A stretch of DNA of 64,000 nt from Botryllus schlosseri (Eukaryota): contig CM119382.1 in the NCBI GenBank assembly GCA_051294905.1, positions 22,940,001-23,004,000 on the forward strand, given 5' to 3'. Shown in pieces: positions 62,239 through 64,000 of the stretch. The position numbers and the translations under genes were made by a program. The stretch's first letter is position 1. The number at the start of each line of letters is the position of its first letter. The notes under the pieces are model-generated. The model had not been told where the DNA came from, did not search any database, and worked only from the letters and a program-made list of their open reading frames with translations.

Positions 62239-63700
62239 ATGGTCAATAAATGCTGTGCTTATGGTTGCATGGCTGGATATTTGATAACTAAACAAAACGT
62301 TTCAATTTCCATTTGAGGATTTGGAGTTACAAAAAATGGATATCTTTCGTGAATGGACGTGATTGGAAGCCAACGAAGAATTATGTGATTTGTGCGTTGC
62401 ACTTCGAAGCAAAGTACATTAAAGACTGTGGCTTTCGAAAAAATAACTGCTCTTGGATAGAAAACCAGTTCATACCATCCGATCGGATCATGACCTGCAA
62501 CGGCCTTCATTGATTCCGACTATGACCCCTTGCAGAAAACCACCGAAGAGAAGGATCTTTCAGAATGATCAGTTAAAAGATTTTGAGCTGTCTGATAAAA
62601 TGAGCAGTTTATAAGATTTGACCGAGTCCCACACTACAGAAAGCTATGCCATGTACAAAAGAGGGTAATCAATGTGTAATTTTCCACGGTATGGAATTCA
62701 ATGATGACTAGGTGCATGTGACGTGGCGCATTATTCAACTTCCCGAAATATCTCAAAAATGTATGAGACAAATCCGAGCGAGACAATCCGAGCACGATTT
62801 ACTGGAAGAACTTTTCGAGCCAGGAAATTTGTCTTTCCTCCATTCTCATTCGCCGTTGATTGTTCAGGTGTATCATCACCCAGCGGATTTATTGCATGGA
62901 GCAATCTTCACAAAATCAGGGAATGTCATGATAATGATTCAAATTTGTGGAAAGCGCCAAAAGTGATATGCCTCGTTACTACATCCAAGCAGAATGTCAA
63001 CTTAGCTCTTGCTCCATTCTATGAGTCGACTATTGAAGCTTGCAAAAGTTACTTGCCTCTCACGGAAGATATATGGCTTCATTCTTGAACCTGATTAATG
63101 CTTGGTTGACGATTCTCATGCTATAGGCAAATGTGTGGGGGGAGGTTTCTGGTTAGTTCAACAGAAGTTACCGATTCTGAAAAGATAATTCTGCTCTGTT
63201 CCATCCTAAAATATGACATCAAGCTCAACTAATTTTTACCATTTCAAAAAAGTCATTGAAGAAGTGGCTATTGAAATTACCGAATCATTTCTATCTCCTT
63301 ACAGTGAGAAGGTGTCTGTAGTTGACTGGGTAACTTGGAAAGCAAGTTCACGCTATTTCGACTTACTCGAGATCGTGGGGGACTGCTTACTCCCTCAGAA
63401 CCACTTGTCGAGTTTGTTTCATACAGATTTTTGATCCTAGACTGTTCTGATAAAATCATCTGCCCTCACCTTAAGTCGCAGTGAATAAGTTTTGCGTCGT
63501 TTCGTTTTTATTTTTTATTTTTTTGGTGGGGGGATGGGGGGCTTTGCACTTTGCATGTTATGATCATCGAGATCAAGCTTTGAAATTGGCGACAAAATCA
63601 TTGCGAATATATATATTTCAATAACAAGCAGAAGCTAGTTATTGCCTCTGTCAGAAAAATGCTTTAAAAACGGACTTTAAAACAACGACAGTTGAGCAAG
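62239..63700 (+). pseudogene. Decayed THAP-domain P-element-type (THAP9-like) transposase
   Basis: MVNKCCAYGC / FQFPFED / KKWISFVNGRDWKPTKNYVICALHFEAKYI forms a C2CH THAP signature across two frameshifts. It is followed by RKPPKRRIFQNDQ, LWKAPKV...SKQNVNLALAPFYESTIEA and RDRGGLLTPS, with many disruptions. Confidence 0.8.
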
Positions 63701-64000
63701 ACGCAGCTGGCATACTTCGGTGATGCATTTCGTTCTCATTACCGGTACTTGTGGTCGTAGCTTGTATGCTGCAAGTTTGTTTTTGATACAAGTTGGTTAT
63801 TGCAAGGAGTTTCTAATATGACATGTGTACCAATCCTTCTTCACGTGCTTGACTTGATTTTACCATGCAATAAAATGGTTTACATGAGTATGTCGGTGTT
63901 TTCTCACTACTTAGCCTACTTCTGCAATCGGTGGATAACTGCGTCTCTTGTCACTTTCTGACGGTAAGGTACTAATTTGACCTGTTGTACGAATACATAC

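Overview
AT-rich, intron-containing eukaryotic DNA from an invertebrate. An ascidian (tunicate) is my best guess, from the ~60-bp minimal introns, the chordate-type chitin synthase and the sulfotransferase family; this is inference only. The main gene is a large minus-strand chitin synthase with about 29 exons at ~17.0-48.1 kb. I traced it by hand with consistent splice phases and intact catalytic motifs, except for one ambiguous C-terminal junction. Two exons at 53.3-54.2 kb encode a complete OTU deubiquitinase-like domain whose catalytic Cys is replaced by Ser. These exons are phase-compatible with the first chitin synthase exon, suggesting an OTU-chitin synthase fusion protein. The last three exons of a sulfotransferase-like gene lie at 1.5-3.2 kb. 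The rest is dense with transposable elements: a young non-autonomous BEL/Pao LTR element with a long gag-derived ORF, a Penelope-like fragment carrying a minimal hammerhead ribozyme, many hAT non-autonomous elements with 8-bp target-site duplications (TSDs), pogo/Tigger-like elements, SINEs, LINE remnants, foldback palindromes and a decayed THAP/P-element transposase. All exon models and family assignments were made by eye, without alignment tools.
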